DNA of 63,357 bases, counting the filler, from Perkinsus chesapeaki ATCC PRA-425 (lineage: Eukaryota > Protista > Perkinsozoa): NCBI GenBank assembly GCA_013115145.1. It is 7 parts of 7 records of this genome, joined end to end, with 100 filler letters (N's around TTAATTAATTAA, not from the genome) between each part and the next. Parts side by side here need not be neighbours in the genome. Positions count along the whole stretch, not along the records: positions 12,335 to 16,258 come from JAAPAO010001345.1; positions 16,359 to 46,507 come from JAAPAO010000442.1; 5 more parts are not named here. One strand, 5' to 3'. The notes beneath the pieces are model-generated. The model saw only the letters and a list, made by a program, of their open reading frames with translations. It did no database searches and was not told where the DNA came from. Below are positions 12,335-22,908 of this stretch, piece after piece. Numbering within the stretch: the stretch's first letter is position 1; the number at the start of each line of letters is the position of its first letter. Both the position numbers and the translations under genes were made by a program.

Positions 12335-12807
12335 TTCGGGCAACCCATCGAGATAGTAAGATACCGATAAAACATACGACTACGTTGATCGCAATAGCGA
12401 GACCCTTCCATAAATCCAAATTAGATGACATGAAGGAACAGCAGTGTAATTATTAACAAAGGTGCTTAGAATGCTGAAAAGATGATATAGATTGAAAAAT
12501 GCCAGATAACCGATGAACTCCGGAATGTATTATGATAAATATAGCAACCCAGCGTAACTTGTACAAGTGGACTAGTTATGGGAAGAAACGACAACAATTC
12601 CACAATTCATTTAGCGGAGCGAAGCTAGCAATACCGCAATCACATCAACCTAATGGGTTTGGTGATGGCGACTTTAGTCCACATTAGAATCAATAACGAC
12701 GAGCTCGTGATCGAGAAGCATGTTGATACAACGCAAGGCAGGGAAAATGGGCGGAAAGAAGGCCGAATGAATGCAATGGAAACATATCACGCGAACGCGC
12801 TGGTAAA

Positions 12808-15507
12808 CTATTGCCGAATAACCCATGAACCGATGCTGCTGCTCACTGGAGATACTTCAGAGGCGGGGTCTGAGTCAAAGTTAGAGGTTGATTTCCTGCC
12901 AGCCAAAAATGCCTCTAAGGAGTTCCATTCCTCGGTGAAAATGTTAAGAGCATAAACAGCGTGATAGAGAATCGATCCACCAGAGTCCACGACTTCATTG
13001 AATGGGACCGAGCCTTCTCTGAATTTTGAGATCAACATCTCACGAGATTCGTTAAAGCCATCACGACAACGTAGCATGGCAAGATGAACATCATCCTCAA
13101 TGGCATCAACGTCATTGCCGCTATCTCCAGACAAGCACAGTTGTAGTTCCGCACTGGACCGCTCCAAAGCAGTCGCTAATTCGCTCAAGTGATGGGCAAC
13201 TGGCTTCAACATAGCCGATGTTGCTGGTTGCTCTATCTCAATACCACACGTCACCGAAGCACCATAAGCACATACCGTCGATCTGGCAAGGGCATCTAAT
13301 GTTCTCTGGGCTTCAAGGATCCTCTTGTCTTTACCAGACATGATCCACTGCCCAAATACGACAACTTCCGTATAGGCGTCACTTTGAAGAGAAGCTCGTG
13401 TAGTCGAGTTGCGCGATAACGACTCGCCGAGCTCTTCTCTACTGTCACGGATGATGGCGCCTTTATCATCAGCGAGTAGTGCCAGTTGACGTATTGCTTC
13501 CACCACGTATTTGGCCTGCTCCTTGAGAGTATCCTGCGACACGTCCTTCAATTGAAGGCTGGCCAAAACCGGGAACACTAGCAATGAGAGAACTGACGTC
13601 ATAGTCACACCAACTAGAGTGAGAGCCATACGCCAACCGATGCCCCATAGAGTATCTTCCTCGGGTTGTATCATAGACACTGAGGGTTGGAACGCTACTA
13701 TAACCCAGGTCAATACAAACACCGGACCACCATAGCCGATGAGGGGGAAGGTAGAACCAAGCTTACCAATGAAAGCAACTATTAGGAGCTCAACAAAGAA
13801 GGCAGCCTTGTTGAAGGGATTGGCAAAGATACAAATAACTGCCAACACCAAAGCGCATACCGTCCCAGCGATCCTTCTAGTTACCTTAGATAGAGTGGCG
13901 CCTGTATTAGGTAGCATGCAAAAGAGGGCGGCAATAAAGCCCCAGAAAACATGTGACATGAGAAATGGTTGGGCACGCCCCCACAAAAGAATGACCGTCG
14001 AAGTGAGTGTTGCAGTTAAGGTAAGCTTGGCCGGATATATTAACTTCTCCCAAGTAGTCATACCATTCGATTCGAAGAAGGGTTCCTTCCACCAATGAAC
14101 TAGGAAGTCAACAAAATCATTAAACCACTGGACGACAATCAGTGAATGAACACCCTAAAGAAGAAGGAGCTGATTCTCCAATCTAAAAGCAAACCTACCT
14201 TGCCAGACCGGCCTAACTTAGCCATTTCCTCGTTCTTTGCTGTGATGTACTCAGTTACGATATACGAGAAGTGTAATACCGATTCCTCTGCGAAGTTATA
14301 ACGTGCAATTTCTTCCATGGTCACCAGCTCATCAGAGCAATGTACGGTATCCTTCAGTTTTAAAGATGCTTCCCTGAAGCTCGTCTTCAAGGCTGCAGCC
14401 CTCTCCTTCACATCTACGATGTTACTAGGGTCGGCTTCGTCGTCCGATAGGAGGCCCCTCCGGATAGCGCAACGCAAATCGAGAAGGTCTGCCGTCGATG
14501 GCTTCCACAGCCTTCGTACGATGGACTCGGGGTAGCATCCCTCAGCAATAGATTTCCTCAACGAGTAGAGGAAGCTCGCCATGCGCCAAAGCATGCTCCG
14601 AATCTTCGGAGATTTAGTAGATGCACTCGCCTTAGCCACGGCCTCCTCGAACTTTGCTTGTGCGGCGTCAAGGGTGGCTGCTTGCTTGTTACCGGATACT
14701 ATACTGGTGGACAATCGATCGAAGAAGTCAGCTGCAGCTAGGTCGAAGTCTTTGATGGGAGAAGAGGTTCTGGTTGGTAAAAGTCCGAAGATTTCTAAGA
14801 ATACTATGGTAGCCAATGACACTATTATACCGTAGCTCTCCATTATAGAGTTCACTAGTGCCTCCTCATAGGGCTTATCCAGGAACAGTGCAACGGGGGT
14901 GAAGAAACTGCTGGCAGCGGCTTCGAAGCCAATCACTTCCCGGAGCTTGCAGCCCGACGACTGGTGCGTGAGAGCTATGACGAACGTAGTGGGAATCACA
15001 AAGGCAATCGCAGCCTCTCGTTGATAGTTATCGACTGTACCACCACACATGAGCTGAACCAGGAAGTAATAGAAGCATCCAAAGGCGCTGGCAAGCCATG
15101 TTCCTAGCAGGGACCGAAGACAGTGCGACGCAGTGGCTTTGAAGTTGAGGTGAGTCGAGAATAATGCCCACACTGGCCCTTGCATCTGAAGCAAAAGCGT
15201 CAAAATTGAGCTAGCGATCTAGGGTGATCTACCAAATAGATGAGAATCTCTCGTTTCGACTGATCGATCGGTAGCATCATCGGTATGGCACCGACACCAA
15301 TGGTGAATGCTCCTACGACACCTGTTAAGAATTGGGATAAACTTATCGTTATGGATGAATACAAGTTGACCACCATTAGACAATAAACTATCAACTGAGC
15401 ATAGATGAATACCGTCGAGTAGGAAGGCCTATTTCGGACTTTAAACCGGAGCGACGGAGAAGATGAGCCATAGTGAGATTTCGATCTATTTCGTGGGTAT
15501 GACTCAT
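12808..15507 (-). CDS. ALMT / FUSC-like (aromatic acid exporter family) membrane transporter with two TM modules; 5' end uncertain
   Basis: ORFs 14139..15203 and 12808..14061 join in frame through a 44-nt GT-AG intron (14198-14155). Both halves carry the ALMT-like motif (GATLSKVTRRIAGTV; KATASHCLRSLLGTW) followed by helical domains. Upstream exons are not resolved. Confidence 0.75.
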
Positions 15508-16258
15508 GATGAAATTGCTTCTATGATGGTGCGTTGAACCAACTAAGTAGTCAGATGTTCACTGTATAGTAGCCTTTCTCTGCCCCCAGACGGCGGTATT
15601 GCTCTTCATCTGGCCCTTCTGTGGTGTAGATTATGCGAACTATTATGAGGCCTTAACCGCCGTGACGCTCCATGCGCCGGCATGCTGTCTATATGGTCTA
15701 TTTAAGCATAGCTCGTTCATTCCTCTAAATTTGAACTTATCGTTTCATCCCATCTCTGGGAATCAGTCTTAACCCTTTGAGTTCGCCAACCTTTGCGCTA
15801 CAGCACTCCTACGCAAAATTCAAGTGGGCTATCGAATACTAAAATGGCGAGCGCGATGGCCCGGCGCGATTAGCTAAATTATTCGGTCCACATTAAGCGT
15901 ATGGAAATTTGCAATCTTAAAGGCTTCTCACTCACTCTTGGGCATCAATGATGTCACATCACCATATCCTGGCACACGTTGGTCTGTGAGTCGTGGTAGC
16001 AGTAACATGTTACTAATCGGCACTGCGGTTACCTTTGGGATTCGCAATGTACTGCATCCGTCACGATGTTGCCAGTTGATTCGTATTGGTCTGTAATTCT
16101 TCAAATTACCATTCACCCGTTTATCTTTATGATGGATTGGACGGGTTTCTTGTACCGTCAGGCAACAGGAGAGTTTCAGCTTACTCTTCCCTTTTATTGT
16201 AATGGACTCCATAGGCGTCTGGAAGCTCGTGTCTATATTTACTACTCTATTAGCGGCT

Positions 16259-16358
16259 NNNNNNNNNNNNNNNNNNNNNNNNNNNNNNNNNNNNNNNNNN
16301 NNTTAATTAATTAANNNNNNNNNNNNNNNNNNNNNNNNNNNNNNNNNNNNNNNNNNNN
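16259..16358. other. Artificial scaffold linker
   Basis: N44-TTAATTAATTAA-N44. Confidence 0.98.
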
Positions 16359-16430
16359 AATTTGGTGTACCAGTCAAAAGTCAAAAATTCCGTGTACGAG
16401 TTTCATGTGTACGTAATTTATGTGTACCAA
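16359..16430 (+). repeat. Fragment of the GTGTAC-array repeat family (type II end)
   Basis: Near-identical to the reverse complement of 24914-24987, lacking the terminal CGTTATACACCCG. Confidence 0.8.
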
Positions 16431-17240
16431 TTTTATGTACCACAAAACGGTTTCATGCCTGTAAAACTTGCGAAACGGTTGATCGATTCGTGTAAGGTTG
16501 CCTGGCTTTCAGTTAGTTGTTTCCTGGCTTTCATGTGTTTTTGTTTCACTCAAAAACTCGTTCATCTGAACGAAATATAAGCAATAATGTGACTTACCTA
16601 TCAAACTGATACATACAGTAAACTTCATTTAGTTGGGCGCACTTGATTTAGCCTATAACTACGGGTTCGGGGAAAGTGCAGCAGAGCTGACCGGACACCG
16701 AGACGCCCGAGCTTGGAACCCGCGACCCGGAGAGCAGAGTAGGTATTTCTGGCCAGGGATAAGTACTGGGCGAAATCCCATTCCACTCTCGGGCAGCTTG
16801 GGAACCATACCCAGCTCGGGAACAAGCCTCGGCGGCAAATAAAGCGTCGGTCAACGCTGCGAGATGATGGCTAGGCGTCCATGCGCCTGACACATCACCT
16901 CCCATATGCACTTTCCCCCGCCTCTAGACCATGATACATGCGGGATTGGTAAGCAGCAGTCGAACTGTTCGGCTCGAACAGGATATCTAACGACAGGATG
17001 AGGTTCGACTCAGTAAGATTGACTCGCCGGTTCAACCGGCGGTTTGCGGTTGGCGCAAGAGGCATTAACGCTCGCTCGATACGGGACGTAGCCGCCGACA
17101 CCGCGACGCTCACCCGACTGAGGAACGCAAGATTTACTGCTATGATGAAAGAACCCGGTCAGGGCGTGCACAATGCCAAAAGTAGGGATGTAATTCATTC
17201 CAGGACCTACACGAGTTGCAGTACACAAGAGCGGGTCTGG

Positions 17241-18350
17241 TCAGCCCGCTAACATATACCAAGAAGCCACCTTCGCCTTCTCTTCAGCACTATCGTGGAG
17301 GTACTCGAGCACCGCCGAAGACCGCCACCTACCGGCCCTCATAAACGCGGGAGAGTCCGCGGCCCAGTTCCTGTGCAGGAGTTGGGCACCTGTGCGTCTG
17401 AGCGTATGTGTGCCGTAGTCGGCAACCACATCCAGCCCAATCACAGGACCTAGGCGGCGCCTAACCGAGTCTAGGAAGGCATCGTATTCGAGGGGAAACA
17501 CCCTCTCCTCGCAGCCTGCAGATGCCGGGCGTCGGCCGTACAATAGATGGTAAGGGCAAAGTTCGCACGCGTTACTCTCCAAGTCGTGAATGCCCAGAGA
17601 CGAGGCAGCCTCAGACAAGCAGGCAACATATGCCAATTGCCCAACGCCGCACTGGTCGGTTTTCGACCGACGTATACGAACATTCAGTAGGTGCACCGGA
17701 GAGCCATCGGAATCATAACTGAAGGTTAAGTCGCTCCACCTCAAGTTCAACAGCTCGTCGGCCCGCAACATGGCGAAAATTCCGAGTAACATAGCTTCTG
17801 AGGCAAGATCGGAACGAGGAGGAACGTTACGGAAGACCTCGAACAGCTCAGACTTTGTTATGGGCTTCATCTTTCTAACACACTCGCCGCCAACCAACTT
17901 CTTAGCCGCCTTCAGGATGTGAGACACCTGGAAATCCTCACTCGGGGTCAGCCAGAAGCCAGCAGATTTGTTGCGTGATCTCAGGGCAGACACGTACGTA
18001 CTTATGGTATTGTACGCGTAGTTGCAGGACGATAGTGCCCAAACGAAGACGGAAAGGTCTTGGACGCTGAGAGGGAAGGCGTTCCCACCAATAACGTCCT
18101 CAAAAAAGGTGACCGTGGAGTCATAGAGAGAATTAGTACTCTGGGCGAGACCGGAGTGGGCGAACGACTCGGCGAGAGCCGACATCTCAGCACGAGTGAA
18201 CTGGGTGATGAAGTTCCGCACGTCATCTCGCTTTGAATTCCCAGACTGCCGAGGCAACGGCCGACTGAGTGGTGTGAGTGACTGAGGTGTCGACGCTGGA
18301 GGAAAGAGCCTGGGAGTTGAGATTGCAGGGTTAGGCGACTTCGAACACAA
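17241..18350 (-). CDS. Tyrosine recombinase of the YR retrotransposon
   Basis: Catalytic set intact: R (FAMLRADEL), K (RRSKTDQ), HxxR (THTLRRTGA), W (GRW), Y (LEYLH). The first ATG lies about 55 codons into the ORF. Confidence 0.93.
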   Translation of the reverse strand: MCSKSPNPAISTPRLFPPASTPQSLTPLSRPLPRQSGNSKRDDVRNFITQFTRAEMSALAESFAHSGLAQSTNSLYDSTVTFFEDVIGGNAFPLSVQDLSVFVWALSSCNYAYNTISTYVSALRSRNKSAGFWLTPSEDFQVSHILKAAKKLVGGECVRKMKPITKSELFEVFRNVPPRSDLASEAMLLGIFAMLRADELLNLRWSDLTFSYDSDGSPVHLLNVRIRRSKTDQCGVGQLAYVACLSEAASSLGIHDLESNACELCPYHLLYGRRPASAGCEERVFPLEYDAFLDSVRRRLGPVIGLDVVADYGTHTLRRTGAQLLHRNWAADSPAFMRAGRWRSSAVLEYLHDSAEEKAKVASWYMLAG

Positions 18351-18407
18351 CAGGCTCGGTACACCTGAGGACTCACAGCCCGCCTAACGGGGAAGCGGTT
18401 AAGGAGG

Positions 18408-20585
18408 CTACAGAGTTTCAAAATCCGTCGCGACTGAACCGCAAACTTCTGACAGTGAGACGTGAGCCCGAGACCAAAACGGAGGGGTCCCAACGCTACG
18501 GCCACGAGATATACCATCGGCCAGCCAGTTCTCCGTAGAAGCTATGTGACTTAGGACTAAGCTATCACCCAGACGGCCAAACCAACGGGAGACCCCGCGG
18601 AGAACCGCTGCTAGAGCCGGCTTCGGGGAGTACAATTTCTTCAAGACACCGACGACACCCGAGTTGTCACAAAATAGGACCACCCTTGTGGGAATCGCGG
18701 TCGGCGAAGGCCATGAAAGAGAGAGGCTCAGAGTGACCACTGCTGCCAACAGCTCGAGCAAAGCGATATCCCGGTGCGACGGGGACACCAGCGGCTGGAC
18801 CCCAGACAAGTATTCACACCACTGGCCTAAGGACTCAGTACCCAGTTGGAACCATACGCCGCTCGAACCGTCGGAGACCCAACCAGACATAAAGTCAGTG
18901 GATGCGTCGGATGCCGCCACTAAAGAGCCCGGGCCGAATACAGACGAACATAACAGCGGACACGGGGCCGGGTTTTCTGCGATGCCCAGCCAGAAACGCA
19001 TCGCGCCGAAAGCACCGGAACTCGGGCTCAACCTCATAGTGCGGAGATGCTTCTTCTCAAAGACGTTCAAAAGAGCATACAACGGTTGCAAGAAACCCTT
19101 GAGGTGCCTCATTGACTGCGACGCGAACAACAGTTTGCCAATCACCTTGCTCAGCGGCGCCGGGGTAACGCGGCGGTTGTCAATGAATGACAGCAGAATA
19201 TCCCGGATCGAGCCGAATATGTCCGGGTGAACCTTAACCGAGGCTCCACGGCCTGGGAGCAAAGATACCTCGAATCTGATGAACTTCACGGATGACACCG
19301 AAAACAGGCACTTTGCCCAGTTTATCTCAAAATTGAGACAGCGCCATACCAAGAATGTGATAATCGATCCCATCGCTTCCAAGCCTTCAGGGAGAGCAAG
19401 GAGACCGTCATCGACGTAAATCAACGACAGCACCTTCGAGTGCCCAAATGCGCACTTCAAGATAGATGCTACCATCCTGCAGAGAGCCGCACTAGTGCGG
19501 CACCAGTGAAAGGGGGAGGTCCCTGCCCCGAAAGGCAGGGCCAAGTTCTCGAAGACCTCTGACTCCAGACGGACGGAAGCTCTTGCTCTATCGCTTTCTT
19601 TTAGGAACAAATGGCGATACGCCGAAGCTATATCATATTTGAGAAAGCGGTACTCGGGAGACTTGCGCACCACGCCATCACGGCCACGACAACAGTGGCA
19701 TGATGGAGTCGGGGAGTCTCTCGCCAGCAAGTCGGCCAGCCCCTCTCGAATATCGCAGTACCTTGGCAGGGAACACGTCTCGCACAAGGTGCACTTGGCA
19801 TTTAGGCCCGACCCCGAATGGGCTTCGATGAGCCGGTAGTCGCCACCAGATTTAGGAATCAAGGCCATGCGAGCATAGAGCCGGTGGGTGGACCGGGAAG
19901 CCTGGGCAAAAGACATACGTCTCATACGCCCCAGGGCGACCTCCTTCGACAAGATGGCACGACAGACCTCAGGCAGTAACTCCACTGACGAGAAGTTATG
20001 ATACGCCCTCTTCAGATTAAAAACCTCCATGGCCTTGTCCACGTCCTTCTTGGACTTGGCCGGGGGGAATACCCCCGTTGCCCGGACTGGAGGTTCTACG
20101 CCCAAGTTCAGGCCCACGTCGATGTCCGAGAAGAGATGAACATCAGGATCGTGGGTCACTGATGCTATGGCCGAGCCCAACTTCGCCCGTATCGGGCTAC
20201 CACACTGAGCCGACTCACCAGAGCAATTGAGCAAGTCACAGAGACGTGGGACCAGGGATTCAATAGCAGTGCAAAACGCCTCCTGAAGCCTGTCACATTG
20301 TTCAGGGGTGGGTGGACCCGATAGACCAAGCAGGACCCCCGACCGATCTAAGGTCGAGGCTGCCTCACAAAACAGAGCCGTTACCGCGCCAAGGCCGTCC
20401 ACACAGGGCACCGCCGCAAAGGCGGACGGCTTGGCGGCGCACAAGCCCGTGCCGTCCTGGAAACCCGATAAGTCCACACGCTCCGCCACCACAGCCGCGG
20501 CCCGTTGTCTTAGCTCGGCCACGTGGTGGCCGGACTTCACACTCTCCAGGTCCGGGCCTGAAGACCAATCACTGAGCAAACTCAA
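18408..20585 (-). CDS. Reverse transcriptase-RNase H of the YR retrotransposon
   Basis: IPKSGGDYRLI, YDIASAYRHL, LPFGAGTSP and IYVDDGLL (RT); SDAS, LLELLA, FCDNSGV and HIASTENWLADGISR (RNase H). No DNA methyltransferase ORF follows. Confidence 0.95.
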   Translation of the reverse strand: MSLLSDWSSGPDLESVKSGHHVAELRQRAAAVVAERVDLSGFQDGTGLCAAKPSAFAAVPCVDGLGAVTALFCEAASTLDRSGVLLGLSGPPTPEQCDRLQEAFCTAIESLVPRLCDLLNCSGESAQCGSPIRAKLGSAIASVTHDPDVHLFSDIDVGLNLGVEPPVRATGVFPPAKSKKDVDKAMEVFNLKRAYHNFSSVELLPEVCRAILSKEVALGRMRRMSFAQASRSTHRLYARMALIPKSGGDYRLIEAHSGSGLNAKCTLCETCSLPRYCDIREGLADLLARDSPTPSCHCCRGRDGVVRKSPEYRFLKYDIASAYRHLFLKESDRARASVRLESEVFENLALPFGAGTSPFHWCRTSAALCRMVASILKCAFGHSKVLSLIYVDDGLLALPEGLEAMGSIITFLVWRCLNFEINWAKCLFSVSSVKFIRFEVSLLPGRGASVKVHPDIFGSIRDILLSFIDNRRVTPAPLSKVIGKLLFASQSMRHLKGFLQPLYALLNVFEKKHLRTMRLSPSSGAFGAMRFWLGIAENPAPCPLLCSSVFGPGSLVAASDASTDFMSGWVSDGSSGVWFQLGTESLGQWCEYLSGVQPLVSPSHRDIALLELLAAVVTLSLSLSWPSPTAIPTRVVLFCDNSGVVGVLKKLYSPKPALAAVLRGVSRWFGRLGDSLVLSHIASTENWLADGISRGRSVGTPPFWSRAHVSLSEVCGSVATDFETL

Positions 20586-20688
20586 CCGACGGATAGCTCA
20601 CGAAACTCGAAGATGCACACACACTACAGCACCATGGCTGAACCTAACTGCCCGGATGTCACACAGACAAAACGCCGGCAACGACACA

Positions 20689-21810
20689 TCAAACCCTACC
20701 TGAGGGTGAACGCTTCTCTCCTTTATCAGCCGCCCTGTGCGAAGCACCGGGGGAACCACGCGACCCGCGGGACTCAGTGCCTTCGGAGTGCGGACCACTT
20801 GCATGCCGAAAGCGGCAGCCGTTGCCGTAGCGGCACTTCCCGTCCCTCTGGAAGTCGTAGCACACTTTTCTAGACTTCGGCTTGTCCCTGTCTGCGTTGT
20901 TACCGGCTTTTGCTGGAGGAGGTGGCACGGCTCGAGACCGGTTGAAGGAGAACTTCGCCAGGAGGGTGGGGTAGGCGTCACTGATGAAGCACTTGCGCAC
21001 CGAGAGCTCGGACGACGCGGCCACCAGGGACGCCACGGCCCGACGATACTTCTCGTCGTAGAGGAGAAGCTCGTCAAGAGACAAAGAACCGCTCAGCGAC
21101 AGCACCCTTAGCAAGTATGAGATGACATCCAAGGCGGACAAGTCGTCGGGACTAACAACAGCGGCAACCAAAAGCGCGTATCTCAGCAGGCAGTGAACGA
21201 ATTCACCTAACGAGCCTATTTTCTTACTCTTGTTGGATGCCAGGAAGGGGTTTTCACTTCTCTCAGCTCTGCTCACGCTGAAGTTGAACAGCTTATCCTC
21301 AGCGGGGTCGATGGCTGGGTCTTTGGGTAATAGCGAACGCAAAGGAAGGAAATGCGCCGACTCTTTGCACGCCACCTGGGAGACCATGTCGCTGGAGATG
21401 CCATGCAACGCTGACGGAGGCAATACTGTCTTGTAGCTCGCTGCTACAGCCGCCATCAGCTGCTTGACATCGGCCGCTGGACCATTCTGTTTGAACTGAG
21501 TGTCAATGGCCACTTTGCGACGCTTCTTGACGAAGGCCGCGACATCAGCAGCGAGAGCCCTCAGAGCAGCAGCGGCTGCCACGGATAGCCCATCACACGC
21601 CTTCTCCAAAAAGGTCTCAGACAGGTTGCCGATGAGGCAGGATGACGCCAGGCCCTGACGAGAGAGAGCCTCGAGAACCTCCTTCTCTGCGTCCTCGGTT
21701 GAGCAGAGGTCTTTCACAAGGGCACGGATATCTTCATCGACCACGACTTGAGTCGATGAGACGGCTGTGGCGCCACCGCCGATAGCAGTAACAGTAGGAT
21801 CATCCGACAT
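20689..21810 (-). CDS. Gag-like ORF1 with C-terminal CCCH zinc finger
   Basis: ATG at 21810 (MSDDPTVT). YDEKYRRAVA resembles the DIRS/Ngaro ORF1 motif; CYDFQRDGKCRYGNGCRFRH is the zinc finger. Confidence 0.8.
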   Translation of the reverse strand: MSDDPTVTAIGGGATAVSSTQVVVDEDIRALVKDLCSTEDAEKEVLEALSRQGLASSCLIGNLSETFLEKACDGLSVAAAAALRALAADVAAFVKKRRKVAIDTQFKQNGPAADVKQLMAAVAASYKTVLPPSALHGISSDMVSQVACKESAHFLPLRSLLPKDPAIDPAEDKLFNFSVSRAERSENPFLASNKSKKIGSLGEFVHCLLRYALLVAAVVSPDDLSALDVISYLLRVLSLSGSLSLDELLLYDEKYRRAVASLVAASSELSVRKCFISDAYPTLLAKFSFNRSRAVPPPPAKAGNNADRDKPKSRKVCYDFQRDGKCRYGNGCRFRHASGPHSEGTESRGSRGSPGASHRAADKGEKRSPSGRV

Positions 21811-21983
21811 GAAACGAAGAGGAAAAAAATCGGAGGATCTTCCAACTAACACAACTAAGGCTGCCACCACCCCGACAGCGAGCAGCCAGGCGCACGCAGG
21901 CGCCACACATTGTGTGCCGGTCCTACGCAGTGCGACGCGCGCGCGTGCTACCCAACTAACCTTGTCTACTGCGTAAACTTCAT

Positions 21984-22269
21984 ATATTTGTGTATGAAAA
22001 AAGGGTGGATTGAGATTTTGGTGTATGAATTGGGGGTGAACGAAATGAAAGTGTACGAACTTTTAGTGTACTGAATGCAAGTGTACCGAGCTTATGGATA
22101 CGAGATAATAGTGAACGAACTTTTGGTGGTCGAACTGCCGATGATCTGAATAGGAGCGAACGAGCTGACTGTGTACGTGTTTCAAGCAAACGAGTTGAGT
22201 ATGAACGTGATTTATGGAGATTAAACATTAAGTGTACCTAATTTATGTGTACCAATCGTTAACATCCCG
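21984..22269 (+). repeat. GTGTAC/GTGAAC subterminal array ending in terminus ...ATCGTTAACATCCCG (type I end)
   Basis: More than ten GTGTAC/GTGAAC/GTATGA cores about 20 bp apart. 22196-22269 matches 46608-46681 at 73 of 74 bases, and the similarity stops at the same base. Confidence 0.85.
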
Positions 22270-22358
22270 AACTTCTTGCGGCCATCAGGATGGGCTTGGT
22301 CCGCCATGCGCTTGATCTTTTCGCGATCTTCGGTAGAAAGGTGTGTAGAGCGGCCCAT
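22270..22358 (-). pseudogene. Possible N-terminus of a Tc1-like transposase, truncated by the CGGG-terminus repeat
   Basis: ATG-initiated MGRSTHLSTEDREKIKRMADQAHPDGRKK resembles a paired-type HTH start; the frame runs directly into the repeat terminus at 22269. Confidence 0.4.
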
Positions 22359-22908
22359 GTTTGAGAAACAACGAAGGAACTGCGTGGCGTTGGCTGGTAT
22401 CGCGTGTCTTTCGAAAGTATTCTATTTCACCGAGGCAGTTCTGCGCGCGCGGAAAATTTCGCGCGCCGGTATCTTTGCACCCAGGCATGAAACGGTTGAT
22501 CGATTTACATATTCTTCCTTGCTGTGTCTTCTAGTGCTACGCTACAAAATTTTATAGTCGTACACTCGATAGCAGACGAGAAATCGTTAAAAAACAGTAT
22601 TCTATTTCGTTGGCATGTGCTTGGTGAGGATCTTGCGAGATATGCTTACTTGAATCTTGATGTTGTGCAGGACTTGAGGAGCGGGTAATATCTGAAGATA
22701 GGGAAAGAGAAGGGGGCGTGGTTGACTGATCGATTCTTAAACCAATTGCACGTTGTAAACCTCCACCAGCAAAAATAGGCTCAATAATATGTTCTAGTAC
22801 TATAAGGAGGTAACGAATCGTATAATGGGGATCTATTGCAAATGGGACAGGCGAGCGCGGTCCATTCCTGTCCCTCAATCGCCGTATATCGAGTTTCAAC
22901 AGTATCAA

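Larger units (their letters stand above)
16618..21983 (-). mobile_element. Tyrosine-recombinase retrotransposon (DIRS order: gag, RT-RNase H, YR), apparently full length
   Basis: Three uninterrupted ORFs in gag-pol-YR order on the minus strand, bounded by the exact direct repeat GTAAACTTCAT (16618-16628 and 21973-21983). Confidence 0.9.

Noticed and set aside
12653-14835. Plus-strand ORFs opposite the ALMT-like gene
   Set aside because: They are antisense shadows of the real minus-strand frames.
20598-20600. Idea that the in-frame TGA before pol is decoded as Sec by the tRNA-Sec in this window
   Set aside because: The two lie on different scaffolds, no SECIS was identified, and the position is not a catalytic Cys-type site. 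Nothing beyond coincidence supports it.
17471-21436. Plus-strand and alternative-frame ORFs over the YR element (e.g. 18664..19230, 20308..20703, 20737..21111, 18002..18517)
   Set aside because: These are shadow ORFs of GC-rich coding sequence with no recognisable motifs.
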